Positions 46,241 through 57,306 are shown, counted from the stretch's first letter. The stretch is 64,000 nucleotides of DNA from an uncultured Nitrospinota bacterium (GCA_963707985.1 CAVPRW010000027.1:64001-128000), one strand, 5' to 3'. Translations and numbers: made by a program. The notes: generated from the letters alone by a model not told the origin.

Positions 46241-46517
46241 GCGACCAGGCATTGCGATGCCCATGGCAAATGTCCTTTGGCTCGCTCATGGCGAAGGCTC
46301 CGGTGTAGTTGACCACCTTGCCAGCCTGAGCCGGTGTGTTTCTTGGAACGTTACTCACGTCCACACCAGAGCGATTAGTAAGGGCCTGCGAACGATGCAC
46401 AACGTCAGGGCATATCCCTTAGCATGGGCCATCGTGCCGCCGATCACCCCAGCCTCCTCCCGATGGGGACAGGGCATGAAAATCGGGCTTCAAGTCTTGG
46501 CGATCGTCGGGGATGGC

Positions 46518-47213
46518 TCACGAATCGCGCCGCAATAAGAGGTCGGTTTCGAGGTGGATGGTGTCCTCAACGCTCAAGACCGAGGCCACGCGGGGAATGC
46601 TCAAACCGAAGTCAGCGAAGCGAAGGGAGGTTTTCGCCTGGACGCTGAGCTCCTGGCCGTTAAAGGTCGCCGTGGCCTCCCAGGTGACGCGTCGGGTCGT
46701 GTCTCGAATCGTCAAGTCGCCGATGAGCTCAAATGATGTGGTACCAGTCTGCGGCAGTGGGAATGGTAGACCGCGAAGTTCGCTGGGGTTAAACACCGCC
46801 GTTGGATAGCGCTCGGTCTCCAGTGTGTTCCGGCGGACGTAATTATCCCGTCGTTCCTTATCACTACGCAGTGAACGAAGGTCGACCGTTAAGCGGGAAT
46901 CGCTGGTGCGTATACGGCCCTGGGCATCGAGGGAGAGGCTGCCCTCAACGGTACTGGTGGTACCTACCGCATCACTAGGGAAATTGATGCCGGCCAATTG
47001 CTCACGCACACGGTAGCGCGCTTCACTGCGGTCCGCCACCACACGGTAACGCGGCGCTACTTCGGGGGTCTGTGCAGATGCTGCCCTCCCAAGTGCGAGC
47101 GCCACCGATGCCGCTGATTCCCTGTATCCCTCTGGCCTCGCACAGAACAACAGAGAAACAAGCCCGCTGACACCAAGCAACAACAGTACTGCGTTCATAG
47201 AACGATGCATCAT
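46518..47213 (-). CDS. YceI-family exported protein
   Basis: SEARYRVREQL, VDLRSLRSD..RRD, GDLTIRDTT, FADFG; N-terminal hydrophobic signal. Confidence 0.85.
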   Translation of the reverse strand: MMHRSMNAVLLLLGVSGLVSLLFCARPEGYRESAASVALALGRAASAQTPEVAPRYRVVADRSEARYRVREQLAGINFPSDAVGTTSTVEGSLSLDAQGRIRTSDSRLTVDLRSLRSDKERRDNYVRRNTLETERYPTAVFNPSELRGLPFPLPQTGTTSFELIGDLTIRDTTRRVTWEATATFNGQELSVQAKTSLRFADFGLSIPRVASVLSVEDTIHLETDLLLRRDS

Positions 47214-47831
47214 CGAACACCTCCACAAGAGCGACAGAACACGTCCTTGTCCTCCCAGTCTGGCCGCTGGCTATACACATAGGCGCTGGGTGATCCAGCG
47301 CGATCGGCTCAGCGGGCGGGGAGGCAGGGCCATTCAGACAGCATTTTCTTGGATGTGACGTACCGTACAGGTTCAACAAACGAAGCCTTCATGGTATGCC
47401 TCCTCCGATGCTCCGAGCCCGTGGCAGTTCGCCAACGACCCCACCATGAAGGGCGGAGCGTATCAATCACCGCATCCGAAACTGTCTACCTCAGGCCACA
47501 ATGCTTGTGCGAGGACAAAATGTCAAGCATGGTGACACGTGCGGCATGTTGGGGAACGACGGATCGCCAGCGCGTGTCGACATTATTTTTGCTGCGGACA
47601 GTGCATTCCGAACCGTGCTATGGCACAATAGCGCCTGCCTTGCCTGTGGTCATGGGCAAGGCTGAGCTGCAGGTCCCAGGTCGAGGCGATATTTTCGCGC
47701 AGGCCGCTGCATTAAGCGTCAGAGACGGAAGGACTGGTCAGGTGTATACCACCGTCCAGGACGATGTGCCGGGTGTGTGACCGGGAACATGCACATGCCG
47801 GCCTACATGCTTCCCTGCGAGGAGTCAACAC

Positions 47832-48614
47832 ATGGACTGGGTCGAGACCAATGGTGTCGTGCTGCGCTACGAGCTGAGCGGCACGGGTCATATGCCGCTG
47901 CTGCTCATTCATGAGCTGGGTGGCTCCCTGGAATTTTGGGATCCCGTCATCGCAGCGTTCCAGCAGGACTTTCAGGCTCTACGCTACGATCTACGGGGCT
48001 TCGGTATGTCAGAAAAGGTCAAGGTCCTGCGGCTCGACGACCTACTGGGCGATATCGTCGGCCTCCTGGATGCCGTCGCCATCACCGACCCCTGCCATGT
48101 GGTCGGCCCGGCGCTCGGGGCAGGCATCGCGCTGGCCTTTGCGGCCAAATACCCCAGTCGCGTGCGCCGTCTGGTGGTCAGCAGTCCGGCGACGGGCGTA
48201 CCGCCGGAGCGACGTGCCCAGTCGCTGCAGCGTGCCGAGGCGGTCGAGCGCGGGGGTATGCGCACATCCGTCGAGCAAAGTCTGGCACGATCCTACCCGG
48301 AGCGCTTTCGGGGTAACCACCAGCGCTTCGTGCAGTATCGGCAGCGCTGGCTGACAAACGATCCGGAGGGGTTTGCCGCCATCAACCGCATGCTGAGCGA
48401 GATGGACCTCAGTCAGCAGTATGGTCGAATTACCTGTCCGACCCTGGTGATCGGCTGTACCTACGACACCATCCGCCCGCCACAGGGAGTGGAAGCGATT
48501 GCCCGTGAGATCCCAAATGCCCGTTATATCGAAATCGCGAGCGGCCATTTCATGCCGCATCAGACCCCGGAGCTGTTCATCGAGACGGTGCTGCCTTTTC
48601 TCAAGGAGGTCTAG
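47832..48614 (+). CDS. Alpha/beta hydrolase (PcaD-like)
   Basis: LIHELGG, YDLRGFGMS, GHFM; the nucleophile elbow reads GPALG rather than GxSxG. Confidence 0.88.
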   Translation: MDWVETNGVVLRYELSGTGHMPLLLIHELGGSLEFWDPVIAAFQQDFQALRYDLRGFGMSEKVKVLRLDDLLGDIVGLLDAVAITDPCHVVGPALGAGIALAFAAKYPSRVRRLVVSSPATGVPPERRAQSLQRAEAVERGGMRTSVEQSLARSYPERFRGNHQRFVQYRQRWLTNDPEGFAAINRMLSEMDLSQQYGRITCPTLVIGCTYDTIRPPQGVEAIAREIPNARYIEIASGHFMPHQTPELFIETVLPFLKEV

Positions 48615-48892
48615 GGCATAGACCGGCCGACAGCCCTACCACCGGCTAGTGATGATCGGGTGCTCGGGATTCACGACGCACGTCGAAGCCTGGACGACAT
48701 CAAGCCGTCGGCGCGGGAAATACTGCTCCGGCTGCGCGAGATCGCTCCCATCGGCGTAGGCCCTTCCGCAGCTCAGGGCGGCCCCTTGACGAGGGTTTTC
48801 ACACCGACTATGATCAGACCCGTGCGATACGGCGAGGATCTCGCAGAGTATCTCTGGACAGCTCCCGTATGTTACCCGAGAGGAGAACGAGT

Positions 48893-50617
48893 ATGAAGCT
48901 GCAGATCATGTCCCCCGCGGCGAACCGTGTGGATTTTAAGGTACCCCCAGCCCCTCGGCTGAGCAGTTTGGAGGGCAAGACCATCGGCCTCTACAACAAC
49001 ATGACCGGTGGTGCAGATATCGCTGTGGACCGAGTGGCCGAGCATATCAGCCGGCGGTACCCCAACGTCCGGTTCGAGCGCTACGGAGGCGACCTCAGAC
49101 CCGGCCGCCCAGCCCTTAGCCGTGGGAACCATATCGATGATGAGGAGGGGGCTCGCATTGCGGAGGAAGTGGACGCCGTCATCGGCGCCACCGCTCACTG
49201 AGGAGGCTGCACGTCGTGGCTTGCCCATGACATGGTAGCACTTGAGAAGGCGGGTATTCCGGTGGTTGGCATCGTTGCCCGCAGCTTTGTACGGGCCTGG
49301 CAGTCCTGCGTGGATGGATGGGGCCAGCCCAGTACGCCCTTTGTCATCATCCCTCACGCTACTACAGGCCAGCAGGCGGACTTCATCTGTAAAATGGTGG
49401 ATGAGCAGATCGATGCGATCATCCGGGGACTCACCACGCTGCCTGCTGCCGTGGGGACGGCCACCGGTGCCCAGGGGGGCGGCCAGACCACCGAACTCTT
49501 CACGGTCGAGTTGGATGCGACGCCTGAGGGCCTGAACGCGGTGAACCGTTTCCTGGCCGAACGGGATTGGAGTGATGGCCTTCCGGTCATCCCGCCTACA
49601 CCGGCTGCGGTCGAGCAGATGCTGACGGGGACGAAACGCTCGCCCCAGGACGTGCTCATGGTGATGGAGCCCGGCTTTGGCCTGGCCACGGTGGAAAAGA
49701 TCGCCATCAACGCCGTCATGGCGGGCTGCCGCCCAGAGCAATTCCCCGTGCTCCTCGCCGCTATCGACTGCCTGGCCCAACCGCAGATGAACCACCGGGA
49801 CATGCAGGTCTCCGGCCATACGGAAGCACCGTTGATCCTGGTGAATGGTCCCATTGCCAAGAAAGCTGGGATCAACTATGGGACCTCGGCCATGGGTCCG
49901 GGCGTAGTGAATAGTGCGAATACCGCCATCGGCCGGGCGCTGCGTCTGTGCCTGATCAATATCGGCTATTGCAAGGCCGGCGCAGGCGACCCGAACTTCA
50001 TTGGCCTGCCCACCAAGTTCGGGATGTGTCTTGCCGAACACGAGGAGATGAGTCCATGGCCCCCGTACCATATGGACCGGGGATTCAAGCGTGACGACAG
50101 CGCGGTCACCGTGGTGGTCGTGACGGGCCCCACGGATATCATCGATTCCGCCTCGCGGACCCCCGAGGACACCTTGAACAACCTCGCTTCGATGATGTTC
50201 TACCGTAACGCTGGGGCCGGTGGGTGGATCAGGGGATGGCAATCCGCCCAGGTGGGCCACAGCAACAAGCGGGTGTCGTACCAGGGCCCTTACCACCCGA
50301 TCATCCTCAGCCCTTCACGGGCTGTCATCCTGGCAGAGGCCGGCATGAGCAAGCAGGATGCCCAGGCCTGGCTGCACCGCCAGTGCCGTATCTCGTTGCA
50401 GGCTGCCCTGGGCAGGCGCGGCATGCCGAAAGATGCCAACGGCAAATGGCTGAGTCACCCGGAACTGCAACACCTGGGGGAGGATCCCAGCGCGACCATT
50501 CCAGCCCTGGAAAGTCCAGAGCAATACCTCCTCTTCGTCTCAGGCGGATCAACGCACTATGCCCACTTTTTCTATGGGACATACGGCATGGCGACCGTAC
50601 CGGTCGAAGAGGGCTAG
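48893..50617 (+). CDS. UGSC-family selenoprotein (about 574 aa; Sec at TGA 49199-49201)
   Basis: VIGATAH-TGA-GGCTSWLAHDMVALEKAGIP reads through in frame. Downstream are conserved WSDGLPVIPPT, ATVEKIAINAVMAGC and ANTAIGRALRL. Confidence 0.85.
49208..49237 (+). promoter_or_regulatory. Candidate bacterial SECIS hairpin
   Basis: GTCGTGG-CTTGC-CCATGAC stem-loop beginning 11 nt after the TGA, with a G-containing loop and an extendable lower stem. Confidence 0.65.
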
Positions 50618-50750
50618 CAGCATGGGTAGGGTGCACGGATGGGAGATGTCCGTCGCCGCGATCGATTGACGGGATGTTAGGAAGCCTGTGCATGTCCCAA
50701 GGCTGACTGAAAGAGACACGACAATGGACCACGACGATCGGACCTTCCCA

Positions 50751-50876
50751 ATGACATTCGATCCGATTGCCTATAAAGCCAGCACTCGTGAACTATGGCA
50801 ATCGGCCGCCGAGGCCTGGCACCCTTGGGCCCAACGTTCGGTAGATGGTTGGGGCCGGTACCAAGTAGCTGTGTGA
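50751..50876 (+). pseudogene. N-terminal remnant of a SAM-dependent methyltransferase
   Basis: MTFDPIAYKASTRELWQSAAEAWHPW resembles N-termini of UbiE-like methyltransferases. Confidence 0.45.
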
Positions 50877-50877
50877 G

Positions 50878-51942
50878 ATGGGTGGGTCTTGCGTGTGGCT
50901 GTTGGGGGCCATTGTCACGCTAGGGGGGATGTACGTGAGCGGCATACAATCACCGGTACGCTGGGGTATCGTTGGTCTTGGCTGGGCCGCGGCCGATTTT
51001 GTTGTCCCGGCGATGGTCAGGAGCACAGGCTCGCGGCTCTCAGCCTGTTTGGGCAGCTCGCTCGACAAAGGGCACAGGTTCGCGCAACGATTCGGCGTTG
51101 AGCGCGTCCACGCTGACCTCGAGGCGATGATGCACGACCCTGGCCTCGATGCGGTCTATATTGCCCTACCGAACGCCCTACATCATGCCGCCGTGCTCGC
51201 GGCTGCACGGGGAAAGAAGCATGTGTTGTGCGAGAAGCCGTTTGCGATGACGGTGGCGCACGCCTGCGACATGGTCTCCGCCTGCCGAGACGCCGGCGTA
51301 ATCCTGCGCATCGGTCACCAGCTCCGCCTCGATGCAGCCCTTGGGCGTGCCCGCGAGATCGTGAGCACTGGTCGACTCGGCCGGCTCGCGGCGATTACCA
51401 TTGAGCGCGCCTCGGGCCTGGGGCCCAGGACATCATGGCGCCAGGACGCCTCACAAAGCGGGGTCATTTTCGACGTCGGGGTGCACCTGCTCGACCTCAC
51501 ACAATGGGTAAGCCACCAGCGCTTCGTTGAAGTCAGTGCCTATACTCACCCGGACCGCCGCCAAGGCGAGCCGGACGACACGGTGACTGTTCTCGGCCGC
51601 CTCGACGGCGACTGCCACGCGGTGGCTCGGGCGACACGCGAGGTTGCGAGCGCCGAGAACAATCTCATTATCGAAGGCTCGGAAGCGACGCTCATCACCT
51701 CGGCCCTGCGCTTCGCCACCGAGCACGTGGTCCGCGTGCGCGACCGCGCATGCCTGACCGAGGAGTGCTTCCCGGCGAGCCTAGCCTATGAGTTAGAGAT
51801 CTTGGCTTTCGAAGGCGAGCTGTGTGGCGAGCGCAGCCTCCTACCCGACGGCGAGGACAGTATTCAGACGGTGGCGGTTACTCAGGCAGTGCTGCAGGCT
51901 ATCGACGAGCGGCGTAGCGTGGCGGTGCCTACCCTGGCATAG
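50878..51942 (+). CDS. Gfo/Idh/MocA oxidoreductase
   Basis: WGIVGLG, AVYIALPN, HVLCEKP, DVGVH. Confidence 0.9.
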   Translation: MGGSCVWLLGAIVTLGGMYVSGIQSPVRWGIVGLGWAAADFVVPAMVRSTGSRLSACLGSSLDKGHRFAQRFGVERVHADLEAMMHDPGLDAVYIALPNALHHAAVLAAARGKKHVLCEKPFAMTVAHACDMVSACRDAGVILRIGHQLRLDAALGRAREIVSTGRLGRLAAITIERASGLGPRTSWRQDASQSGVIFDVGVHLLDLTQWVSHQRFVEVSAYTHPDRRQGEPDDTVTVLGRLDGDCHAVARATREVASAENNLIIEGSEATLITSALRFATEHVVRVRDRACLTEECFPASLAYELEILAFEGELCGERSLLPDGEDSIQTVAVTQAVLQAIDERRSVAVPTLA

Positions 51943-51994
51943 TTGACACGTGGCCGCGGCACGGATCGACGCACGTGACAAGGTCTCCTTACCA

Positions 51995-52603
51995 TTAGTA
52001 ACCTCCTTCCTCAAACATTCGCCGGGCTTTTTCATACTCCTCTGGCGTATTGGCATTGAAGAACATGCTGTCGTATGGATCATAATGGGCAAGGATGTCA
52101 CCGTCGATGACGCGGACGCACACCTGATCGAGGAAGCCCGTGATTTTGAGGCGGCCGGCTTCGATCCTGTGGAAAATGGGCTCGCGGCAGGCTTGCGAAT
52201 ATGTAGCGCACAACGGTTGAAAATCAGCGGTGTTGCGTGGAATCACGACATCAGCCTCGGCAGCCGTGTCGCAAAGATAGCGCAAGAATGTGGGCTTCAC
52301 AAAGGGCATGTCACAGGCGAGACAAAGGCTGTAGGGTGTTTTGGCGGAGACGAGTCCGGTGTAGACACCGCCCAGCGAGCCCGCCTCAGCAATGACGTCG
52401 GAGAACGTTGGCAGTCCAAAACGTTGGTACCGTTCAGGGGTGTTAGTGATCAGAATAACGTCGGCAATCACCTGCTGGACAACCTCAATGACCCGTTCAA
52501 TCAATAGCCCCGCACCAAAGGGCAAAAACGCTTTATCGCGTCCCATGCGACGGCTCTTACCGCCTGCGAGGACGACCCCTGTCACCTGTGTGGTGCGCTC
52601 CAC
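51995..52603 (-). CDS. mobA: Molybdenum cofactor guanylyltransferase
   Basis: LAGGKSRRMGRDKA, ACDMPF, FFNANTPEE. Confidence 0.93.
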   Translation of the reverse strand: MERTTQVTGVVLAGGKSRRMGRDKAFLPFGAGLLIERVIEVVQQVIADVILITNTPERYQRFGLPTFSDVIAEAGSLGGVYTGLVSAKTPYSLCLACDMPFVKPTFLRYLCDTAAEADVVIPRNTADFQPLCATYSQACREPIFHRIEAGRLKITGFLDQVCVRVIDGDILAHYDPYDSMFFNANTPEEYEKARRMFEEGGY

Positions 52604-52853
52604 TGATTCTATCTCCAGACTGCGGAGCAGATAAGCCCGACCACGAGATCCCCCTCGGCGGTCGAGGATGGTCCGACAAGCCGCTCGCAGCTCTTTTCGC
52701 CGCGCTCGTTGTTGCTAGCGAATCTACAGCAGTGAGCCTGGGATGTAAACAACGGCGCTTGGCCCTGGGGTACATTACAGGTTTGCCACCACGGTGCTGA
52801 GGCGATTCCCTGTCGTGTAAACCTATGATGGACTCCTTTTGCCAGGGCTCTAC

Positions 52854-52883
52854 TTGACACCACCCGGCGTCTCCTCCTAGATT
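52854..52883 (+). promoter_or_regulatory. Putative sigma70 promoter for glgC
   Basis: TTGACA-18 nt-TAGATT. Confidence 0.45.
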
Positions 52884-52954
52884 ACAAGAGGATTTACCGA
52901 TATCGTATCATTCAGAGAGGAGTATATGAGGCTGCCGGAGAAGGAGGGGGAGCG

Positions 52955-54175
52955 ATGCGAGAGCCCAAGGTCTTGGCGATCATTTTAGCAGGTGGGCGTG
53001 GGGAGCGGCTCAGTCCTCTGACGCAGGAGCGTGGCAAACCCGCGGTGCCTTTCGGTGGCCGATACCGTATCATCGATTTCGTCTTGAGCAATTTTATCAA
53101 TTCCGAGATATACTCGGTCTACGTCCTGGTGCAATACAAATCCCAATCACTCATCGATCACCTCACTGGGGGGTGGCGTTTTGGTGGGCTCCTGCGCCGT
53201 CAGTTTATTACTGTTGTGCCGCCTCAGATGCGCGGCGGTGAGATCTGGTATCGAGGAACGGCCGACGCGGTCTATCAGAATTTGAACTTGATCAAAGATT
53301 TCACGCCTGATCTGGTGGCTGTGTTTGGTGCCGACCATATCTATCGGATGGACATCAATCAGATGATTGATTTTCATCTGGTCAAGGGAGCGGAAGCCAC
53401 GGTAGCTGCGCTGCCTGTACCCATCGAGTCGGCCCGCAGCTTTGGTATCATCGAAGTAGACGAAGATGAACGCATCATCGGCTTCCAGGAAAAACCCCCA
53501 CGGCCTAAGCCCATGCCCAGTGACCCCAACCGCGCCTACTCTTCCATGGGCAACTACATCTTCAGTCCGCAGGCCTTGGTGGAAATGGTCTCTGACGATG
53601 CCCTCCGTACCACCGAGCACGACTTCGGCCGCTCGGTCATTGGGGAGGTCCTCGGGCGCTACAAGTTCTATGCGTATAACTTTCTGAACAACGAAGTACC
53701 GGGTGTGCAGGCCTACGAGGAGCGTGGATACTGGCGCGATGTCGGCAATCTCTCCTCATACTGGTCGGCACATATGGACCTTCTCGGAGCCAAACCGGCA
53801 TTCGACCTCAATAACTGGCGCTGGCCTGTCCTTTCAGAGGGTATCGTCGGTTTACCGGCGAAGGTGGTCTCAGGGCATGTCGAGGACAGCCTCATTGGGG
53901 TCGGTAGCGTGATCGATAACGCTCATGTGCAGCGCAGTATCATTGGACATTCAGTGCGCGTTCACGAGGGCGCGGACATCCAGGAATCGATCATCATGGA
54001 TCATACCACCATCGGGAAAGGCACCAAGCTGCGGCGCGCCATCATCGATCGCTTCAATGTCATCGAACCTGGTGAGAGCGTGGGTTTTAACCGTGATCAG
54101 GACGAACGCCGGCGATATCACGTCGATCCTTCGGGGATTGTCGTTCGTGCCCGCGGAACCACTCGATGGGTCTAG
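52955..54175 (+). CDS. glgC: Glucose-1-phosphate adenylyltransferase
   Basis: LAGGRGERL, KPAVPFGG.YRIID, GTADAVYQN, DHIYRMD, YWRDVG. Confidence 0.97.
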   Translation: MREPKVLAIILAGGRGERLSPLTQERGKPAVPFGGRYRIIDFVLSNFINSEIYSVYVLVQYKSQSLIDHLTGGWRFGGLLRRQFITVVPPQMRGGEIWYRGTADAVYQNLNLIKDFTPDLVAVFGADHIYRMDINQMIDFHLVKGAEATVAALPVPIESARSFGIIEVDEDERIIGFQEKPPRPKPMPSDPNRAYSSMGNYIFSPQALVEMVSDDALRTTEHDFGRSVIGEVLGRYKFYAYNFLNNEVPGVQAYEERGYWRDVGNLSSYWSAHMDLLGAKPAFDLNNWRWPVLSEGIVGLPAKVVSGHVEDSLIGVGSVIDNAHVQRSIIGHSVRVHEGADIQESIIMDHTTIGKGTKLRRAIIDRFNVIEPGESVGFNRDQDERRRYHVDPSGIVVRARGTTRWV

Positions 54176-54212
54176 GGGCATCGTGTCTCACGGTGCGGCC
54201 GAGGATAATGCC

Positions 54213-56708
54213 ATGCGGCAGTCAGTGGACGCGCAGACAAGTGGACCTGTGGTGACCGAACGATATCTGTGTATACATGGCCACTTCTACCAGCCACCGC
54301 GCCAGAACCCATGGCTTGAAGCGATCGAGGCCGAGCCTTCGGCGGCGCCGTTCCACGACTGGAATGAGCGCATCACCGCCGAATGCTATGCCCCCAACGC
54401 TGCCGCCCGCATCGTCGATGGCGAAGGCCGCGTGCTTGAAATCCACCATAACTATACGCAGATTAGCTTTAACTTTGGCCCGACCTTATTAGCCTGGCTT
54501 GAGAAGGCCGATCCGGCGACCTACCAGGAGATCGTTGCAGCCGATCGCCATAGCCATGCCAGTCGGGACGGCCACGGCAATGCCATCGCACAGGCCTACA
54601 ATCACATCATCATGCCGCTGGCAAACCGGCGTGACAAAGTGACGCAGGTGGTCTGGGGCCGGGGTGATTTCCAGCGCCGCTTCGGGCGCGCCCCAGAGGG
54701 GATGTGGTTGCCCGAGACTGCTGTTGACCTCGAAACCCTGGATATCCTTGCCCAGCACGGTGTGCAATTTACCATCCTTTCCCCCTTCCAAGCGAAACGT
54801 ATACGAATGCCGGGGGACAAGAGCTGGACCGATGTCTCGAACGGGGGCATCGATCCCTCGTGTCCATATCGGTGTCTGTTACCATCAGGCCGTGAGATCG
54901 CCCTATTCTTCTATGATGGTCCGATTGCCAAAGCCATCGCCTTCGACGGTGTCCTGGCACGCGGAGAGATGCTGATCGAGCGACTGATGGGTGGATTTCA
55001 TGATGGGCGCAACCACGCCCAACTGGTGCACGTAGCCACTGATGGTGAAACCTATGGGCATCATCACCGCTTCGGTGAAATGGCCCTGGCGTATGCGCTG
55101 TCAACAATTGCTCGCAGAAATATGGCCACACTCATCAACTACGGCGAATATCTCGCGCGTTTCCCGGCAGAGCGGCTGGTCGAAATCGCCGAACACACCT
55201 CTTGGAGCTGTGCCCACGGTGTCGAGCGCTGGCGCAGCGACTGCGGCTGCCAAACAGGGGGGAAACCAGGATGGCATCAACGCTGGCGGAAGCCCTTGCG
55301 CGAAGCCCTCGATTGGCTGCGCGATCAGCTGGCGCAGCTCTTTGAGGACGAAGGACGGCAACTCCTCAAGGATCCTTGGACGGCGCGCGACGGCTATATT
55401 ACGGTCATCCTGGAGCGCTCTCACGCCAACGTAGAGCGCTTCTTCCAACAACAGGCGCACCGACGGCTGTCGGATGCCGAAGTGGTCCAGGCGCTCAAGC
55501 TGCTGGAGATGCAACGTCACGCACTGTTGATGTACACAAGCTGCGCCTGGTTCTTTGCCGAGATTTCGGGTCTCGAGACGGTACAGATGCTAGCTTTTGC
55601 CGCGCGTGCCATCCAATTAGCGCGTGAGGTGTCGGGACTGGACTTGGAGTCTGGTTTACTCGAACGCCTGGCGGCGGCTCCTGGCAATCTACCGGAGGTC
55701 GCGGAGAACGGGCGTGACGTCTATCTCAAGCTCGTCAAGCCCATGGTGGCGAGCCTGCGCACGGTAATCGCCGATCATACCATCAGCGCGCTGATCGAAC
55801 CGGAAGCCCCGCAGCAGAAGCTCGGCGTCTATGAGATCCAGGAAGTGGGCGCGCATCGCGAGAGTCGCGGCAGTTTTACCCTAATGACGGGACGCGTGCG
55901 CGTCCAGTCGGAGCTGACGGGAGAGAGGCTACAGGCCATCTACGCAGCGCTTGGGAGTGGTGGACAGGACTTCCGCTGCTCAGTCAAAGGCTATGTCGAT
56001 ACCGAGGAATATACGCATTTACAGGATGAACTCTTCCGTCTCTTCACACACCGCTCCTTGACCGAGGTCGTGCGAGCGCTCGACGCTCACTTCGGTGAGG
56101 AATATTTCACCCTCAGCCAAATATTTTCCGACGAGCAGCGCCGACTCGGCCAACGGCTTCTGACGAAAGCCCTGGCACACTTCGAGCAGCATTGCGAGGA
56201 GGTCTATCATACTAATCATCGTTTGATCGATTTCATCCGGACGAAGAACTTGCCGCTGCCGGACGTCCTACGCATGGCCGCTCAATCTAGCCTCAACAGG
56301 GAGATCACTCAGATGGCGCGCCAGTTGTTGGAGGGATCGCTCACGCCCGGTGATGTGGCAGACAGCATCCAAGCCCGGCAGCATGAGGCCAAACGTTTAC
56401 AATGCAGCCTCAACTTTGATCCGATCAACCGTGCATTTGAGGCAATAATCGAGCGCCACATCGTGCTCTTGTCACAGGAGGCTGGGCAGGCGGCGATTCC
56501 ACGGAAAGCTTTGGAAGTAGCGCAGGAGTTGAAGCTTGGGCTGTATCTGTGGCGTGGGCAAAACCTCTTCTGGCATTACCTGACCAGTACGACCCACACC
56601 GTCGATCTGCCCGTGATGCTCGAGCTCGGCACGCGTCTGGGCTTCAACCAGGCAGTGGTGAGCAAACTCCTACACGTACCCCCATCGACACCCAACCCTG
56701 TCACTTAA
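54213..56708 (+). CDS. GH57 glycoside hydrolase with DUF3536
   Basis: IHGHFYQPPR.NPW, GMWLPETAVD, ATDGETYGHH, MYTSCAWFF. Confidence 0.92.
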   Translation: MRQSVDAQTSGPVVTERYLCIHGHFYQPPRQNPWLEAIEAEPSAAPFHDWNERITAECYAPNAAARIVDGEGRVLEIHHNYTQISFNFGPTLLAWLEKADPATYQEIVAADRHSHASRDGHGNAIAQAYNHIIMPLANRRDKVTQVVWGRGDFQRRFGRAPEGMWLPETAVDLETLDILAQHGVQFTILSPFQAKRIRMPGDKSWTDVSNGGIDPSCPYRCLLPSGREIALFFYDGPIAKAIAFDGVLARGEMLIERLMGGFHDGRNHAQLVHVATDGETYGHHHRFGEMALAYALSTIARRNMATLINYGEYLARFPAERLVEIAEHTSWSCAHGVERWRSDCGCQTGGKPGWHQRWRKPLREALDWLRDQLAQLFEDEGRQLLKDPWTARDGYITVILERSHANVERFFQQQAHRRLSDAEVVQALKLLEMQRHALLMYTSCAWFFAEISGLETVQMLAFAARAIQLAREVSGLDLESGLLERLAAAPGNLPEVAENGRDVYLKLVKPMVASLRTVIADHTISALIEPEAPQQKLGVYEIQEVGAHRESRGSFTLMTGRVRVQSELTGERLQAIYAALGSGGQDFRCSVKGYVDTEEYTHLQDELFRLFTHRSLTEVVRALDAHFGEEYFTLSQIFSDEQRRLGQRLLTKALAHFEQHCEEVYHTNHRLIDFIRTKNLPLPDVLRMAAQSSLNREITQMARQLLEGSLTPGDVADSIQARQHEAKRLQCSLNFDPINRAFEAIIERHIVLLSQEAGQAAIPRKALEVAQELKLGLYLWRGQNLFWHYLTSTTHTVDLPVMLELGTRLGFNQAVVSKLLHVPPSTPNPVT

Positions 56709-56985
56709 GGATGCATGCTCGACAGGCGCATCACCCTTGCCATCATGATGGGTTTGGTGACCTTCTTGGGAAGGTCATATAGGGTCGAACTGGATTCGGC
56801 GGTGAGCTATAGCGGATGTTGTCTCGATAACTTGCTGAGGCGACTAGTGGGATGTAAGTGAGAGTTTTCGAGAGCCTACGGAGGTTAAATGAAACGGCAG
56901 GTGATCAAAAGATTCGAAACCACCTGCCGTAGCGGGATGATCTGCGATGCTAATAGGTTAGGTCCAGACAGGCACCACGTACTTT

Positions 56986-57306
56986 TTAATCATCACCGGC
57001 ATCATGCATTCCGGCAAACATCACACGACGAGTTGGCTCATCGAGGAGACCCGACACCGGAAGACCATTCGACGACTGGAATTTGCGGAGCGCCGCAGAT
57101 GTCTGCGCATCGAAGATACCATCCGCACGGCCGGGGTCATATCCTGCCACTTTCAGCTGCAATTGTGCTTGCTGAATCATGTCCCGAGCCAGCATCTGAT
57201 CGACCGCGGCCGGGAGACGTTCACTCGAGCTGCTAGCCGCTATGGCGGCTAGGGGTACGACCAACATGGCACCAAGGGTCAGCGCAGCCAGAAACTTTTT
57301 CATCAT
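56986..57306 (-). CDS. Secreted peptidoglycan-binding domain protein
   Basis: Signal peptide; GYDPGRADGIF...T..ALRKFQ...GLPVSG.LD. Confidence 0.85.
   Translation of the reverse strand: MMKKFLAALTLGAMLVVPLAAIAASSSSERLPAAVDQMLARDMIQQAQLQLKVAGYDPGRADGIFDAQTSAALRKFQSSNGLPVSGLLDEPTRRVMFAGMHDAGDD

Noticed and set aside
48872..50296. Long antisense ORFs (this 474-aa one; also 22249-23274, 13855-14709 and 32918-33739)
   Set aside because: They are shadow frames of real genes in GC-rich DNA and carry no motifs.
56894..56931. Inverted repeat ACGGCAGGTG...CACCTGCCGT
   Set aside because: It lies between convergent genes and is probably a terminator-like hairpin, but the loop is long and there is no clear U-tract, so it was not called.
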